Shown here: positions 25,789-40,524 of the stretch, in pieces | Numbering within the stretch: the first letter of the stretch is position 1 | Layout: each line of letters opens with the position of its first letter | DNA from: Octopus sinensis | Lineage: Eukaryota | Direction: 5' to 3' | Length of the DNA: 64,000 bases | NCBI RefSeq assembly: GCF_006345805.1 | Contig: NC_043009.1 | Location: 59,024,001-59,088,000, forward strand | Notes under the pieces: generated by a model | What the model saw: the letters and a program-made list of their open reading frames with translations, nothing else | Databases searched by the model: none | What the model was told of the DNA's origin: nothing | Translations under genes and position numbers: made by a program

Positions 25789-26407
25789 TATATGTATATG
25801 TGTGTGTATGTATGTATATATATGCGTGTATGTATATATATGTATGTATGTGTATATATATATATATGCAGGTATGTATATATATATATGTATAAATATA
25901 TATATATATGTATATGTATTTATATATAATATATATGTGTGTGTATGTGTGTGTTAGTAAAAGTGTTTGTTAGAAAAGGAAACCCTTAATGGAAAGCAAA
26001 CTGAAGAGGAAAAGAGAAATGAGAAAAAGATTCAAGTAGGTGGATAATGTCTGGAACTGGATAAGCTAACAAAACCAACGCTTACGTAAAGCGTGCAGGA
26101 ATAAGATTGATATGGCAACCCAAGATATTGATGCTGTTAAGAATCGATGATGAATGATGATGGTTAATCAACCCCATGATAAAATCTGTTATAAACGATG
26201 GAGATTCCTATGTACTATTGAAATGGATGTTTGTTTTTTTATCACATTAGATGAAAGGAGATGTGTGACAATCATCAGTAGGTCAGGTTAGTTTTCCTTT
26301 TCTGCTTAGCATGTTTATTCCAGAACCATCTTGAATGACCTCGAAGTGGCTTCTCATCCACATTTGTCTCCAGATTCTACTTCCTTTCTGTCAAAATTTC
26401 TTTTATA

Positions 26408-26798
26408 GGCACCGGAGTGGCTGTGTGGTATGTAGCTTGCTTACCAACCACATGGTTCCGGAGTCAGTCCCACTGTGTGGCACCTTAGGCAAGTGTCTTC
26501 TACTATAGCCTCGGGCCGACAAAAGCCTCGTGAGTGGATTTGGTAGAGGGAAACTGAAAGAAGCCCGTCGTATATACTACTATAGCCTCGGTCCGACCAA
26601 AGCCTTGTGAGTGGATTTGGTAGACGGAAACTGAAAAAAGCCCGTCGTATATACTACTATAGCCTCGGGCCGACCAAAGCCTTGTGAGTGGATTTGGTAG
26701 ACGGAAACTGAAAGAAGCCCGTCGTATATACTACTATAGCCTCGGGCCAACCAAAGCCTTGTGAGTGGATTTAGTAGACGGAAACCGAAAGTCCGTCG

Positions 26799-26829
<31 letters not shown>

Positions 26830-27070
26830 GCATATGTATGTGTGTGTATATGTTTGTGTGTCTGTGTTTGTCCCCCAATATCACTTGACAACCGATGCTG
26901 GTGTGTTTATGTCCCGGTAAATTAGCCGTTCAGCAAAAGAGACCGATAGAATAAGTATTAGGCTTACAAAGAATAAGTCCTAGGGTCGATTTGCTCAACT
27001 AGAGGCGGTGCTCCAGCATAGCCGCTGTCAAATGACTGAAATAAGTAAAAGAGCAAAAGAGTAAAAGAGT
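26408..27070 (+). mobile_element. SINE family C with an internal 77-bp unit repeated four times
   Basis: tactatagcc starts at 26501, 26578, 26655 and 26732. Confidence 0.92.
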
Positions 27071-27435
27071 TAAAATGGAGAAAATTTCCTAAGAATATTG
27101 TATTGATGTAAGATGAATATTGTAAGATGATTTATTTTGTTTTGTTTCTTTCCATCAAAGTACAAGAGAGGATATGTGTGACAACCAGTAGCAGACGAAA
27201 TAAATTATTCTATACTTCTTGTTTTGCTTGCTTCTTCCTCGACCGTCTAAATTAATCTCATAAAGGTTTCTTGTACTCTTTTTGCCACATGATTCGACGC
27301 CTCTCAAAAATTTTCCTCTATCACTTTGGTTCTTTCAGAAGCTTGAGCTCGTTAGCAAAGAACCCCAGCTTAGCAGCTGTAGCTTAATGTTTTTATTAGA
27401 AGGTAGCCGAGGTGCTCTTATTCTCACCATATACT

Positions 27436-27671
27436 TATTTCTTTATTACCCACAAGGGACTAAACACAGAGGGAACCAACAATGACAGACATAGGTATTA
27501 AGTCGATTACATCGACCCCAGTTCGTAACTGGTACTTAATTAATCGACCCCGAAAGGATGAAAGGCAAAGTCGACCTCGGCGGAATTTGAACTCAGAACG
27601 TTTCGACAGACGAAATACCGCTAAGCATTTCGCCCGGCGTGCTAACGTTTCTGCCAGCTCGCCGCCTTATA
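27436..27671 (-). mobile_element. SINE family A with 17-bp target-site duplication
   Basis: TSD tattctcaccatatact at 27419-27435 and 27672-27688. Confidence 0.93.
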
Positions 27672-27816
27672 TATTCTCACCATATACTCCTTTGCATAGC
27701 TTTTCATTACTGTTATTGTTGTTATCGTTCCTATTAACTCTAATTGCTGCAGCGGCAGTGGAAGTTGTTGGTAGGGAGGTGGTTGGTATTGGTGGCAACA
27801 TTAGTACTTTCCCTGG

Positions 27817-28020
27817 GGCGGCGAGTTGGCAGAATAATTATTTGGCCGGGCAAAATGCTTAAGGATATTTTGACCTTCCTTGAGTTCAAATTCCGCCGAG
27901 GTCGCCTTTGCCTTTTACTCTTTTCGCGGGCGATAAAATAAGTACCAGTTGAACGTTGGGATCGATGTAAGCGACTTATCTCCAACCCGAAATTGCTGGC
28001 CTTGTGCCAAAATTTGAAAC
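27817..28020 (+). mobile_element. Diverged SINE family A copy
   Basis: Head ggggcggcgagttggcagaa and core; a second partial copy follows at ~28045-28160. Confidence 0.75.
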
Positions 28021-28466
28021 TTTTACTGATGCTTTCACAAAAGCAGCGAGTGGCCGAATAATTAGCTCGCCGGGGAAAATGCTTGGTGACATTTCGTTCA
28101 TATTTTCGTTCTGAGTTCTAATTACGCCGAGGTCTACTTTGCTTTTCATCGTTTCGGTCGTTCCTCCTTTTACCGGGGTTTTGTAGAAGATGCCATCTCG
28201 TTACATTAACATGTTTTACGAAATGAAATTTTGAAAAGATGCTTTAAAAATTTTAGCCTTAAAGGAACCGGAAATAAGAGCCGGAAAAAGAAAAGCTAAA
28301 AAAAGAAAACAAACAAACAGTAAACGTTTTGTAACAGTCACCCACCTTTTAAGAAATCTGTCCCCTTCATCTTCAATTTCCTTTCTAACTTGAAGTTGAA
28401 AAAGTTGCTGAAAGCTTTACAGAAAAGAGCAAATATTATTATATTGTCATAATACAATATTTTAAG

Positions 28467-28914
28467 GGATATATGGCAGAATGCCCAAGGACATACTCTA
28501 CAGAGAGCTTGTTAGGGGTACTAGGTCTGTGGAAAGACCGTTCTTAAGATACAAGGATGTTTGCAAAAGGGACATGAAGGCCTGCGGCATCAATATTAGC
28601 AACTGGGAAGCAGTTGCCAGCAACTGTGGAGATTGGCGACGGACCGTAAAAGAGGGAACACAAAGGAGTGACAGAGAGGGAGAGAGAGGAGAAAATGGAA
28701 AGACAAGAAAAGACGTCAACAAGAAAGTATGACATTACAACCAGCCAGGAAAAGTCTTCGCTACATTTACGGTACCTGCCAGAGGGAGTGTTTGTCCAGG
28801 ATAGGACTACACACCCACAGCAGGAGATGTATTAAGACATGAAATGTAAAAGCCAGACTAGAGTATTTTATGCGCAACTCCATTGTCCCCTGAGACAAAA
28901 AGGATGATGCCAAC
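28467..28914 (+). pseudogene. 3' end of an RTE-clade LINE
   Basis: MPKDILYRELVRGTRSVERPFLRYKDVCKRDMKACGINISNWEAVA..DWRRTV followed by CQRECLSRIGLHTHSRRC (RTE C-terminal Zn-finger-like motif) and an RTE-type 3' UTR. Confidence 0.9.
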
Positions 28915-29659
28915 AATATGTCGAATTAGGCTATGGATATAAATTTTAATAGCTGTCGGGTATATAAAATATTTATAGGCAACCTGAGCAGAATTCGAAC
29001 CCAAAACACGATATGTAGAATGGGGAATCTGAAAACAAATTTCGAAAAATATTCAATATTTGAATGTTATGTTCCAGCACATTTACCATTCTCTGCCATT
29101 TCCTTTACATCTTACCATTCTAACTCATTTACTTTACAAGAGGGAATATTATTATGAAATGGATTTCATCTATGAAAATGGATTGATGTAATAATGTTGA
29201 TTGCTTGCCAGCTGCTAGCTGTCAGATGTCAATCAAATGTTGCAGTGAATCGAACCTAAGACTTCAATTTCGATCTTGTCTAATGCATTGCTAACAGGAT
29301 TCTAATACGTTAGAAATATAATAAGGATCAACGTTGCTATTAGCAGCCAGACATCTACATAGTGGTCGGCTGTCTTAGTTGCTGACGTTGTTGTTGTTGT
29401 TGCTCGAGTTGACGGTGGCGATGGCGGCTACACTGGTATTGCTGTTGTTGTTGTTGTTGTTGTTGTTGTTGTAGGTAGTGCTGGTGGTTATTATAGCGAT
29501 GATGTACTTGATGGTGGTGTGGAAGTGTTTCTTTTGATTATTTTTGTGTTTTGTTTTTGCTCTATTCTTACTCTGGCTGTCGGCGTTGTTGGTGATGACC
29601 GTGATAAAAGTATTGACAATAATAAAGAATAGTGGTGAAGTACAGAGGAGGCAGCAGCG

Positions 29660-29965
29660 ATGGTGGTGGTGGTTGTGATGGTGGTGGCGGTGGCGGCGGT
29701 GGCGGCGGCGGTGGTGGTGCCAAGGCGGCGGTGGCTTGGTGGTGGTTGGTGGTGGCGGCAGTGGTGGCGGCAGTGGTGGCGGTGGTGGTAGTGGTGGTGG
29801 TGGTGGTGGTGGTATTGGTGGTGGTGGTGGCGATGGTGATTAATTGGTGAGGGTGGTGGTGTTGGTGGCGGCGGTGGTGGTGATGGTGGAGGTGGTATTG
29901 GTGGTGGTGGTGGTGGTTTATTGGTGGTGTTGTTGTTGTTGTTGTTATTTGTGGTGGTGGTGGTG
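29660..29965. repeat. (GGT/GGC)n GC-rich microsatellite
   Basis: Directly visible. Confidence 0.95.
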
Positions 29966-31290
29966 AGAGCAGCCTAGACGATGGTGGTTACGACGTCTGT
30001 TGGCGTTGGCGTAGTCGTAAGTAATGTTGGAAGTAATGGAGGTTATGTCTGCGATAGTTCAAATGGGATTTATGGAATGCTGAAGAAAGCTGTGCAGTGT
30101 AGTTGCAGTTTTTGTGGCGGCGTGTTGATAGTCATAGAGGAAGCGGTGGGGATGGCGACAGCAATGCTAGAACAGGTTAGGATTGTGATATTCGTCGTGT
30201 TTTAGCGGTTATTGTAGAAGTGACCTATAGTGGTTAAGGTGGTTGGTAAAATTGATCTCAAGTTCGGGTGAATACTCATCCAGTGGAACCGCGTGGCTTA
30301 GTGGTTCAGATGTTGGACTCATGATCGTAAGATTGTGGTTTCGCTTCCGGACCGAATATCGCGTTGTATTTGTGAGCAAAGCACTTTATACGATATGAAA
30401 ACAGGAAACCACTCCTTATGGGACAGTATGACTGGAGAAGGTAACTTTAATTAAAAGGTAACTTAGTACTCAACCGGTACTTATTTCATCGACCCATAAA
30501 GGATGAACGGCAAAGTTGACAACTTTGGAATTTGGACTCAGAACGTAAAGACTGACGAAGAGGTGATGGTACAATTGATGGTAATTTCCGGGCGGAATCG
30601 TTAGCACGCCAGGTAAAATGCTTATCGGCATTTTGTCCGTTTTTACATCCTGAGTTCAGATGCCTTCGGGGCTTAATTTACCTTTCATTCTTTCGGAGAC
30701 AATGCGACTATGACAGTGGAGAAGTCAGTGCTTCGGTGCTGCGTATATGAATTTATAGATAGAATTTTAATCAGTCAGACACATGAATAAAATTTTACTC
30801 AAATACTCCATGTAGTATATTCTTAGGTACGATAGTGACAACATGGATTTTTTCGATTTTCTTGTTCTATTAGAGCATTTGAGTAAAATCATATTAATGT
30901 GTCCGACTGGTTAAAACTCTATTTATTTATTTGTGCAGCTGAGGATAGCCCTGCATTTAAACTAATGTAATGATTGCATTGTTCAATTAAATGGAGCTGC
31001 TTGAAGTGGTCATACTGGCGCGCTTCTTGATATCTTGTTGCTTATTTTGGTTATACATATAATCAAAATAAGCCACAGGATATCAAGAACTGATATATGC
31101 ATATATATATATATATATAAAGATGTATGTATGCATTTATTACATGATCACGTGATCTACCACATTACTGGGTGTTGTTAGATGTACGTCGATGGTTACA
31201 ATGTGATTTGCACCTCTTCTGATTTTGAAAAAATGGCATCCCGCTGGCTAAGGAATCAGGCTATATATATATGTATATATATATATATAT

Positions 31291-31326
<36 letters not shown>

Positions 31327-32273
31327 ATATATATATATATATATTATATATATATATATATTATATTTATATATATATATATTATATATATATATATGCA
31401 TATATATGTACATATATAAACAACGCATATATATTTATACATGCACATCAGTATATGTATACATATATACATATACACACGTACACATATATATACGCAT
31501 ACATATATATATGCTTTGCATATATTTGTGACTCTCCCCCACCATTACTTCACAACCGATGTTTGTGCATTTACGTCGTCATGACTTAGCGTTTCTGTAA
31601 AAAAAAAAAGAGATAGAAAAAGTATCAGACGCTTAAAATCCGAAAGTACTGGCGTGGATTCATCAGATCATAATTATTCACGGCCTTTCCGCAGAATGGC
31701 TGTAGTCTAATGACTGAGACAAGTAAGCGATGCACGATAAAACCTCGCATGTTATTGGCTCTTTTGGTTCCGAATTTACTCTGCTGCACCCTCCTAACCA
31801 TTCGATGCTTTAAAAATCATATATTTGTATAATCAAGTATTATTAGAGGTCTAAAAATCATTGTTAAAATAGTTTTTTTGAATGGTAGAAGTATATAACA
31901 AATTTATTGCAGTTGCGTTTTAAGATCAAAGTTTATATAAAGCCCCCAAGGGCCATCCAAGTTCCAGTTGAGAATCACTAGTCTAGACTTTCAAGCTAAA
32001 ACCTCGAGGGTCATTTCAATAGGTCAGCTTTTGTAGATGTATCAATGTGAGTATAGATTTTCATGTTTGTATTGCCATCACAAACTAACGAGATCAGTCC
32101 TACTGCCTGGCGTCTGAACCCATTCGTTTTATTTTAACCTTGGTTGAAAGAAAAACATGTGAGTATAATTAAGCAGATGCAGACACATGAACGGAAGGGG
32201 TGAAATTTTGAAAGCTTCCTTGGCACGTTGACTAAGAAGCCAAAAACTTCCCCCAATTGATCTTATCTGTTAA

Positions 32274-32673
32274 CTAACAGTATCGCCCGGCGTTGCTCAG
32301 GTTTGTTTCGACCCTTTAGAACTGGAATTTTTGAAAACTAAATATTTTGGATTAGGTAGCTTGTTATGGTCTTTAAGTGAACATTGTTCTGGTTTAAATA
32401 CACTGAAAAATGGCGAAACAGCAGTCAAAGAATCGTAAAAAATACGGATTTTCATAGAAAAAAAGCACCTTATTGATGTAAATAATTTTTGGTGTTAACA
32501 CAGTCTGATTTGAATTTTTTCCTCTACGGAATGAAGAGAAAGCCTTCTTCTATCATACCTTCAATTTTGGTCAACTTGCGCCGCAGGGTCTTAGATGATA
32601 TAGTGTTAGTTGAAAGCTACCAAACCTGCCACACACACACACACACGGACAACTTCATCTTTATATATAAAGA
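32274..32673 (-). mobile_element. Non-autonomous Helitron, third body type
   Basis: Shares only the ~30-bp 3' terminus and the TCTTTATATAT 5' end with the other copies. Confidence 0.7.
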
Positions 32674-33109
32674 TAAAGATTACACCATCAATGAAGCTTT
32701 TCTTTGCCCCACCCTTCTGAGAACATTTGCAGCTACGTAAACTATATGTTTGACAACTTTATCACTGATTGTACCTCACTATTACGTTAAGATTATATGT
32801 ATTTATTGAGTATTCGGTATTTTATGCGGTAAGACAATGAACAAGCACTTCAGTTCATCGAAAAACTGGAATGTTCATCAGCGAAAACGTCTGCATATAA
32901 GTCTACAAAAAGATCTATTAGGAATAAGAGATGTTTCTAGTTCTGTCAAACTGGAAAGGAAAAAAAAGAGAGATTTTGATATAATAAAATAAACTGGTAA
33001 GTATCGTGTTACAGAAACATATACAGATGTATGTTTGTAAGTGTGTGTATATGTGTGTATGTGTGTGTGTATACATGTACTAATTTCCATCATCTATCAT
33101 GTATAATGC

Positions 33110-33321
33110 GTGCATACATACATTACATTTCCTACATATATATTACTTGCATACATACGTACATGCATTCATACATATACATATAAGAACATACATACAT
33201 ATACATATAAGAACATACATACATGCATACATACATACATATATACATATAAACTTGCATGCATACATACATATAAACATACATACATACAGATATAAGA
33301 ACATACATACATGCATACAAG

Positions 33322-33353
<32 letters not shown>

Positions 33354-33485
33354 CATACATACATGCATACATGCATACATACATACATACATACATACGT
33401 ACATGCATACATACATACATACATACATACATACATACACACACACATACATACATACACACATACATACATGCATACATACATA
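33110..33485. repeat. (TACA)n microsatellite
   Basis: Directly visible. Confidence 0.95.
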
Positions 33486-34144
33486 TGGTGTAAATTTGCT
33501 GAAGGAAAGATAAATTCAAGTAAGCTATATGGATAGCAAAAAATCAAGAGTAGTGAAACAAAAAGCACAGTGAACAAAAGAGAAACAAGAAAATATCAAA
33601 TTAATGGCACAGTCTTAGGAAAAACCCCAAAGAATATGACAAAACAGAAAATCCCTAAGCCTAGATCTGATAACAGGATATTGTTTCATGAATCTCACCT
33701 CTTATCGCCCAGGATTGATAATGCAGTATGGAAAGAGCATCAGAAATAACAATGGTGAGTTAGGCGTGGCAAAATGCTTGCCAACTAAAAATTTTTATAT
33801 TCATATTCCGAAACACACATAAAGCGATCAGATTTAATATAACGCTCAAAAGTTAGCTACAGAAACACTGGTTGTAAATTTAAGGACAAGGCCAGCAGTT
33901 TCGTGGTAATTATTTCATCGACCTCGAAAGGATAAAAAGCAGAGGTGACCTTGGCGGCATTTGAACTCAGAACGGAGACATGTGTGAAATGCTTGCTAAG
34001 CATTTTGTCCGGCGCGATAACGGTTCTGACAGCTCACCGACACCAACACTACTACCAGAACATTATGAATGTAATGTCCGTTGTGGGTTGCACAAATGCT
34101 TTTATAGAACCATAGGGAAACCAGTAATATTATAACATCTGTGA

Positions 34145-34545
34145 GGCGGCGAGCTGGCAGAACCGTTAGCACGCCGGGCGAAATGCGTAACGTTATTTCG
34201 TCTGTCTGTACGTTCTGAGTTCAAACTCTGCCGAGGTCGACTTTGCCTTTCATCCTTTCGGGATCGATAAATTAAGTACCAGTTACGCACTTGGGTCGAT
34301 GTAATCAACTTAATCCATCTGTCTGTCCTTGTTTGTCCCCTCTGTGTTTAGCCCCTTGTGGGTAGTAAAGAAATAGGTATTTCGTCTGTTTTTACGTTCT
34401 GAAATCAAATTCCGCCGAGGTCGACTTTGCCTTTCATCCTTTCGGGGTCGATTAAATAAGTAGCATTTACGGACTGGGGTCAATCTAGTCGACTGTCCCC
34501 CTCCCTTCAAAAATTTCGGGCCTTGTGCCTAGAGTTGAAAAAATA
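34145..34545 (+). mobile_element. SINE family A, dimeric form
   Basis: Same two-monomer architecture and junction as 6314. Confidence 0.92.
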
Positions 34546-34970
34546 ACAACTGTGACATATGTATATGTGTGCATATATACGTATGCATATGTGTGTGTGT
34601 GTGTGTGTGTGCGTGCGCTTACACAGGTATGTATATGTGTAATATATATTATATATATACAGTATATATACATGTATCCACATACACACGCACTTAAATG
34701 TATATATGTACAGCTTTATGATGTTTATCATTTACTTGTTTCGGTCAATAAATTGTGGTCATGATGGAGCATCGAGTCCAAGAAGTTTTACTCGTCCCCA
34801 GTATTCATTTTGCTAAAGCCGGGTGTTCATTCTGTCAGTATATTTTGCTAAACGGTTAAGTTACAGGGACGTAAACCCACTAACACCGACTGTCGAGTAG
34901 CGAAGCTAGAGGACAACCACGAACGAGAAAGACCCGCACACAGATACATACATACATATATATATATGTG

Positions 34971-35006
<36 letters not shown>

Positions 35007-35516
35007 TATTATATATATATACGAGCAGATCGCCCACTCGTCCAATAGGCGGCGCTGAATAAAAAGCAATCAGTGTTTTGTTATCATTAAAAAATAATTA
35101 AGCATGCCTATATTTTAATAAAACTTTTGGTTTTGTTAAACGAAGTTAAGGCAAAAAAAGATAATAAAAGCTTCTTGAGAAACCAAATAGTCTTTCCTTC
35201 CTTCATGCCAAGTTTGAAGAAAATATGTCATTTGCAACTTACTTTTTTGATCTCTTAATATACTGAATTTTGTGGCAATATTTCAAGCCAGCCAGCTTTT
35301 TTTGTGCAAACTGCACGTGCATTTTTCGAGGCTATTGTTGTAGTAAAAAAGGGTTGTTGTACAAAAAACATACTTCATTTGGTAACCGAGAGATTGCTGA
35401 ATATTTTCATACCTCATACCTCAAAATGGGCAACTCAGCTTTCGAATCCATAAGGAACATATGCACCACACACAGACACAGACACAGACACGCACAAACT
35501 CTGTTTTATATATATA

Positions 35517-35908
35517 CTAGCAGTATCGCCCGGCGTTGCTCGGGTTTGTAAGGGAAATAACTATAAAACATTTTTAGAGAGTTATAGCCAAAAAATAGCA
35601 AAAAAATGCATTAAAAATGGAAAAAAATATGATGGTAAATTTTTTTTTAAATCGTTGACTCATCGTAGACATTTTTAGAGAGTTACATCCCTTTAAAAAA
35701 AATGCATTAAAATGGAAAAAATGATGGTAAATTATTTTTAAAATCGTAGACTCATCGTAGACGCACGCTAATACCTAGAAGGGCTCGATATGAATCACGA
35801 CTATAAGATACCCGGTTTTGGTTAAACTGCACCGCAAAATGTGGGAGTAGTTAGGAATTTAAATCGTAGGAGACAGACAGCACACAACCTCTCTTTTATA
35901 TATAAAGA
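35517..35908 (-). mobile_element. Non-autonomous Helitron (same subfamily as 5297)
   Basis: TC...hairpin-CTAG termini. A further Helitron-like 5' half (~35190-35515) abuts it. Confidence 0.82.
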
Positions 35909-36493
35909 TAGATACAGTGTTGGCAGATATTTCCAGTTATAAATTAATTCTTTTCCCATTAACACTGTACTGAAGATTGTATCTATAAAGAAAAGCCAAG
36001 ACTCTGTACATACAAACAAGTAAACATACACAAACACACAGACAAATATACACGTACCTACACACAGAAAGACACAGAAACGCGCGCGTTTGATTGTGTC
36101 TGTATACGCGTATTCTCTTTATTGTTGTTGCAATTGAAAGTGTAACGCAACATTCAATGCGAACACTTTTAACACACTTCTAATATATTTATCAGATTAA
36201 TACCAAGCATGTGATATATGTATCTCTGTCAATCTGATTCTTATATGGCCTTGGTAATGGTGAATTTATAAGTCTTGGTTCACGTGGACGCTACGGAGAG
36301 TTCTAAGTCGCTCATGTAATCCTAAAACAACATGGAGACCGATATTGTTGTTACCTTCTTTTTCTGTTTATGAAGACACAGAATATAAATAAAGAACTCT
36401 TTCATCTGTCTTTCACTTACTATGAAGTTGGACATACATATATACATACATACATACATACATACATACATACATACATACACACATACATAC

Positions 36494-36526
<33 letters not shown>

Positions 36527-36785
36527 GGAGATGTACTCGCATAGCAAGTAATTTGATCTGAGATCGTGTGCTGAAATCGTGTGCTGAAACGAAAACAATT
36601 GCAGCGTGGAAGGTGTTTATAAGCCATTTAAGAAACACACAAAAGCCGTTTGATTCACTTCAACATTTAAGTTTAATTTGTCAAATTATTTTCGTCGCTA
36701 ATATCCGGGACCTGTTCACTGACAAAAATCCGTGCTGTGTATATATATATATATATATATAAATATATGTGTGTGTGTATGTGGT

Positions 36786-36842
<57 letters not shown>

Positions 36843-36845
<3 letters not shown>

Positions 36846-37040
36846 CCGCGTGTGTACTGTTGACGATTTTTTTCCTCTGTCTTCGCTTCTCTGGATCTTT
36901 CCTTCTCCTATGTTTCCGACGAAGAGCTCCGCTCGAAACGTTAAAACCTCCTTCTTTCCTGGGCATCCAATAATACTATATTTGTTCCACGTCCTCGCGT
37001 TGTTGTGTTTCTCTTTGTGTTTTCATGTTTGGATTAGCTT
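36843..37040 (+). mobile_element. HHR-bearing repeat, copy 4 (HHR 36912-36947)
   Basis: GUUU-CCGACGA-A-GAGCUCCGCUC-GAAA-CGUU; followed by (TA)n. Confidence 0.75.
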
Positions 37041-37069
37041 TAATATATATATTATATATATATATATAT

Positions 37070-37136
<67 letters not shown>

Positions 37137-37140
<4 letters not shown>

Positions 37141-38107
37141 CAATAAATATCCGGACTGTTGCCATAGTAACGAAGCTAAAACACGCAGAGTGAAGCTGCT
37201 TGGATTCACCTTGAACTCTGCTCTGCAAGCGCACTAAGCTTTATCGTTCTAGCTCACTTACGATGTTTACACCAGTGCTTGCAAGTAATGTGTGTAGCGT
37301 TTATTCGAAGCAGTGACCATACCGGAGAAAGTTGAGCAGAGGGTCTGCATCAGATCTTGCCAAAAACTGGACGATGCCTGCTCAGAGGCCGACGCGAAGT
37401 TCTCAGAAAGTTTTCATCGTTCTCGATACAGTCAAGATCTTGTGCAACTGAAACCCGATAGCCTATTTGGTCAGCTGAAAGCAGTTTTGGCACAAACTTG
37501 GCAGACACAAGTCTCATACCGAAATCCTCAGCGATAATGGACTGAACTGAACCGTAACTAGTCTACACATCATCTGATATCTCGAGGATGGTGATTCAAC
37601 GATTTCCCCTCAAAGCTGCACATTTCAAAGTTGTAGCAGGACACTTGATGCAGGCTGGAGAGCATATCAGCTGAAAAGTTGTGGCAACAACAAGCGAGAT
37701 GATGGCACATACCCGTCCAATGTAAATAATGTGAATAATCTGCGATATATTTATAAGTTGTGCTGGTTGCGGGTCTCCTAGAACGTTCGTCATTATCGAC
37801 ATTTTTCGGCCATCTTGGAAACGTCTAAACTACTCATACACTCCTTTATATACACTTTCTGCGACTTTGCGTAGGCCCTGGGTAGGTATCTCCGAGACAA
37901 CTTTCTGTTTTACGGTCAATGTGACGGTCACACGCTACACACCTCTCTTCCAAGTACTGCTGTAAACAGCGGAAGTAAGCTAGAACGTTAAAACGTAGTG
38001 CACAATCACTGCAAAGTTCAAGGTCAGTTTGTACCAAGCAACTCTACTCTCCGTATATTAGCTTCGTTACTATGGCAACGGTCTTTATAATTATTGATCA
38101 AACCTTG
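37137..38107 (+). mobile_element. Decayed mariner-family DNA transposon
   Basis: Terminal inverted repeats tgatcaataa...gttgccatagtaacgaagctaa (37137-37179 / 38058-38100); TA at 38108-38109; EKVEQRVCIRSCQKL resembles a mariner transposase N-terminus. Confidence 0.8.
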
Positions 38108-38360
38108 TACGTATATGCACATATACTTCTACTTATGTAAGTACAAAAGACCTTTTTGCTGTACAGAAGCAAATACACCCGTTTTTATGTGTGTACATGC
38201 CTTTGTATGTGTGCGTGTGTGTGAGCGAGTGTGTGTTAGTGTGTGTACTCTAAAAATCCTACGTACAATATTTGGTATTATCTGCTTTCATGTTAAAAAA
38301 AGAACAACATACGTAACAGACTGACAGTATACCAGCGGCTACTTATTGTGACGCATAGAC

Positions 38361-38396
<36 letters not shown>

Positions 38397-38664
38397 GTGT
38401 TGGAGGGAGAATGATAAAGTGAGAGAGACAGGCAGAGATAAGGAGAGAGAGAGAGAGGTTGGGAAAGATAAGACAGATATATAAAAATAAGAAGTGCAAG
38501 AAAGTGTGTACGAGAAAAAAATGTAAAGTAAGATAATATGCAAAGAAATTGGTGAGAAGTTTCTTAAATCAATAAGACATATTTTTCTTTTACATAAATA
38601 CCAATAAAACATTATCACTATATTACTCACTTCTTCTTCATGTCTTTCTCACTCTTCTTATATA

Positions 38665-38708
<44 letters not shown>

Positions 38709-38778
38709 CGTATGTATATATATATATATAATTATATATGTATGCACACATACATTGATACATACAAACATACGAGAG

Positions 38779-38810
<32 letters not shown>

Positions 38811-39924
38811 ATATATTACATGTGTGTGTGTGTGCTCTCGTATGTTTGTATGTATCAATGTATGTGTGCATTAAATATATAATTATATATATATATATAT
38901 ACATACGTATGTATATGTATTCCTATATGTGTGTGTATTTGTGTGTGTGTGTGTGTAAGTGTGTGTCTTAGTGGTCTGTGTATGTGTTTGCATAATAAGA
39001 TTATCGCGATGTATTTACAACAAAAAGAAAAAGAACAAACGGAATCTGATAATATTTTAGTTGTAAGTAAACGCCTATGTAACATTCCTTATATCTACAG
39101 AATTTCCAACATATTCTTCTCATATGAAATATGTCTCTATTTGTCGTTAACTCTATCAAGTCTCGCTATTAAATCATCAGTAGACTATTGGTATCTATAA
39201 AAAATCTGTCTTTGACTGAAGTGTCTTAGATTGAATATACTACTTACTCGAAATTCTACGCTCCAAGTAGAATATTCATAAGTATGTTCGCTAACAGTAT
39301 ATAGTATATAGTGCGCGTTGTTCTGTGGACGAAGATGAGTTCAGTTCGAGCAGGAGTGTGATCAAGATGAGAGAAAGTTAGTAGAATTGGGATATTGACG
39401 GATAAAATTTCTTACTTAAAACCCTCCCCTCCCTATGGAGCGTAGGCAATCGACAGCTTTTCTCCACTGTTCTCAATCCCAGGTTATTTTTTCTGCTTCT
39501 CCATCGTAGGGTTACTGCTTATTCTTTCAAACATACTTTCGGATTTTACTGCGCCGTCTCAAGTACTGGCCTTTACTTGAAGGCCATTCCCACCCGAGTC
39601 TTATTGGTTTTGAATTGACGTCGTTGATTCCTATAACTTCGAGGTTTTGGCCCTATGTAAACCCATTTTCTTTCTTTAACGAGGTGATTCATATTAATTT
39701 TGCCCCTATCCTTTGATATATTCAACATAACAAGATTTACTAGGAGTTTGCTCTCCGCTGGCATACCTCTCGGGATCACTGAAGTAAAGAAACCCCCCAC
39801 AGCAACAATGATTAGACCATGATGTAGATTGGATAGAATGTGTTTTGCATTGTTTCGATTGTCTGCATTCTGAGTTCGTATCCAATCAACCAGGTTAATA
39901 TATGCCAGAACCATATGTTATTTT

Positions 39925-40141
39925 ACTCTTTTATTTGTTTCAGTAATTTCACTGTGACCATGCTGGAGCACCGCATTTGGTCGAGGAAATCGACCTCAGG
40001 ACTTATTCTTTGTAAGCCTAGTACTTATTCTATCGGTCTCTTTTGCAGAACCACTAAGTTACGGGGACGTAAACACACCAGCATCGGTTGTCAAGCCATG
40101 TTGTGGGGTCAAACACAGATATACACACAAACACAGATATA

Positions 40142-40195
<54 letters not shown>

Positions 40196-40417
40196 ATATA
40201 TATATATATTATATATATATATATATATACATATATATTTCAGTTTCCGTCTACGAAATATATATATACATATATATTTCGGTTTCTGTCAACCAAATCC
40301 ACTCACAAGGCTTTGGTCGGCCCGAGGCAATAGTAGAAGATACTTGCCCAAGGTGCCACGCACTGGGAATGAACCCAGAACCATGTGGTTGGTAAGCAAG
40401 CTACTTACCACACAGCC
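39925..40417 (-). mobile_element. SINE family C
   Basis: Full-length reverse-complement copy with a small internal duplication near 40230-40290. Confidence 0.9.
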
Positions 40418-40524
40418 GTTCCTCATCTAGAAACATCTGTGTGGAGATCTGTTTCCCGTTTCCACCTTTATAATCTAAAAGCGGTAGCACTTTACTGAAC
40501 ATTGCTAGTGAGAATATCAAGAGC

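Noticed and set aside
39440-39600. Possible RTE-type LINE 3' end on the minus strand
   Set aside because: Only a vague resemblance at the terminus; no motif could be read in frame.
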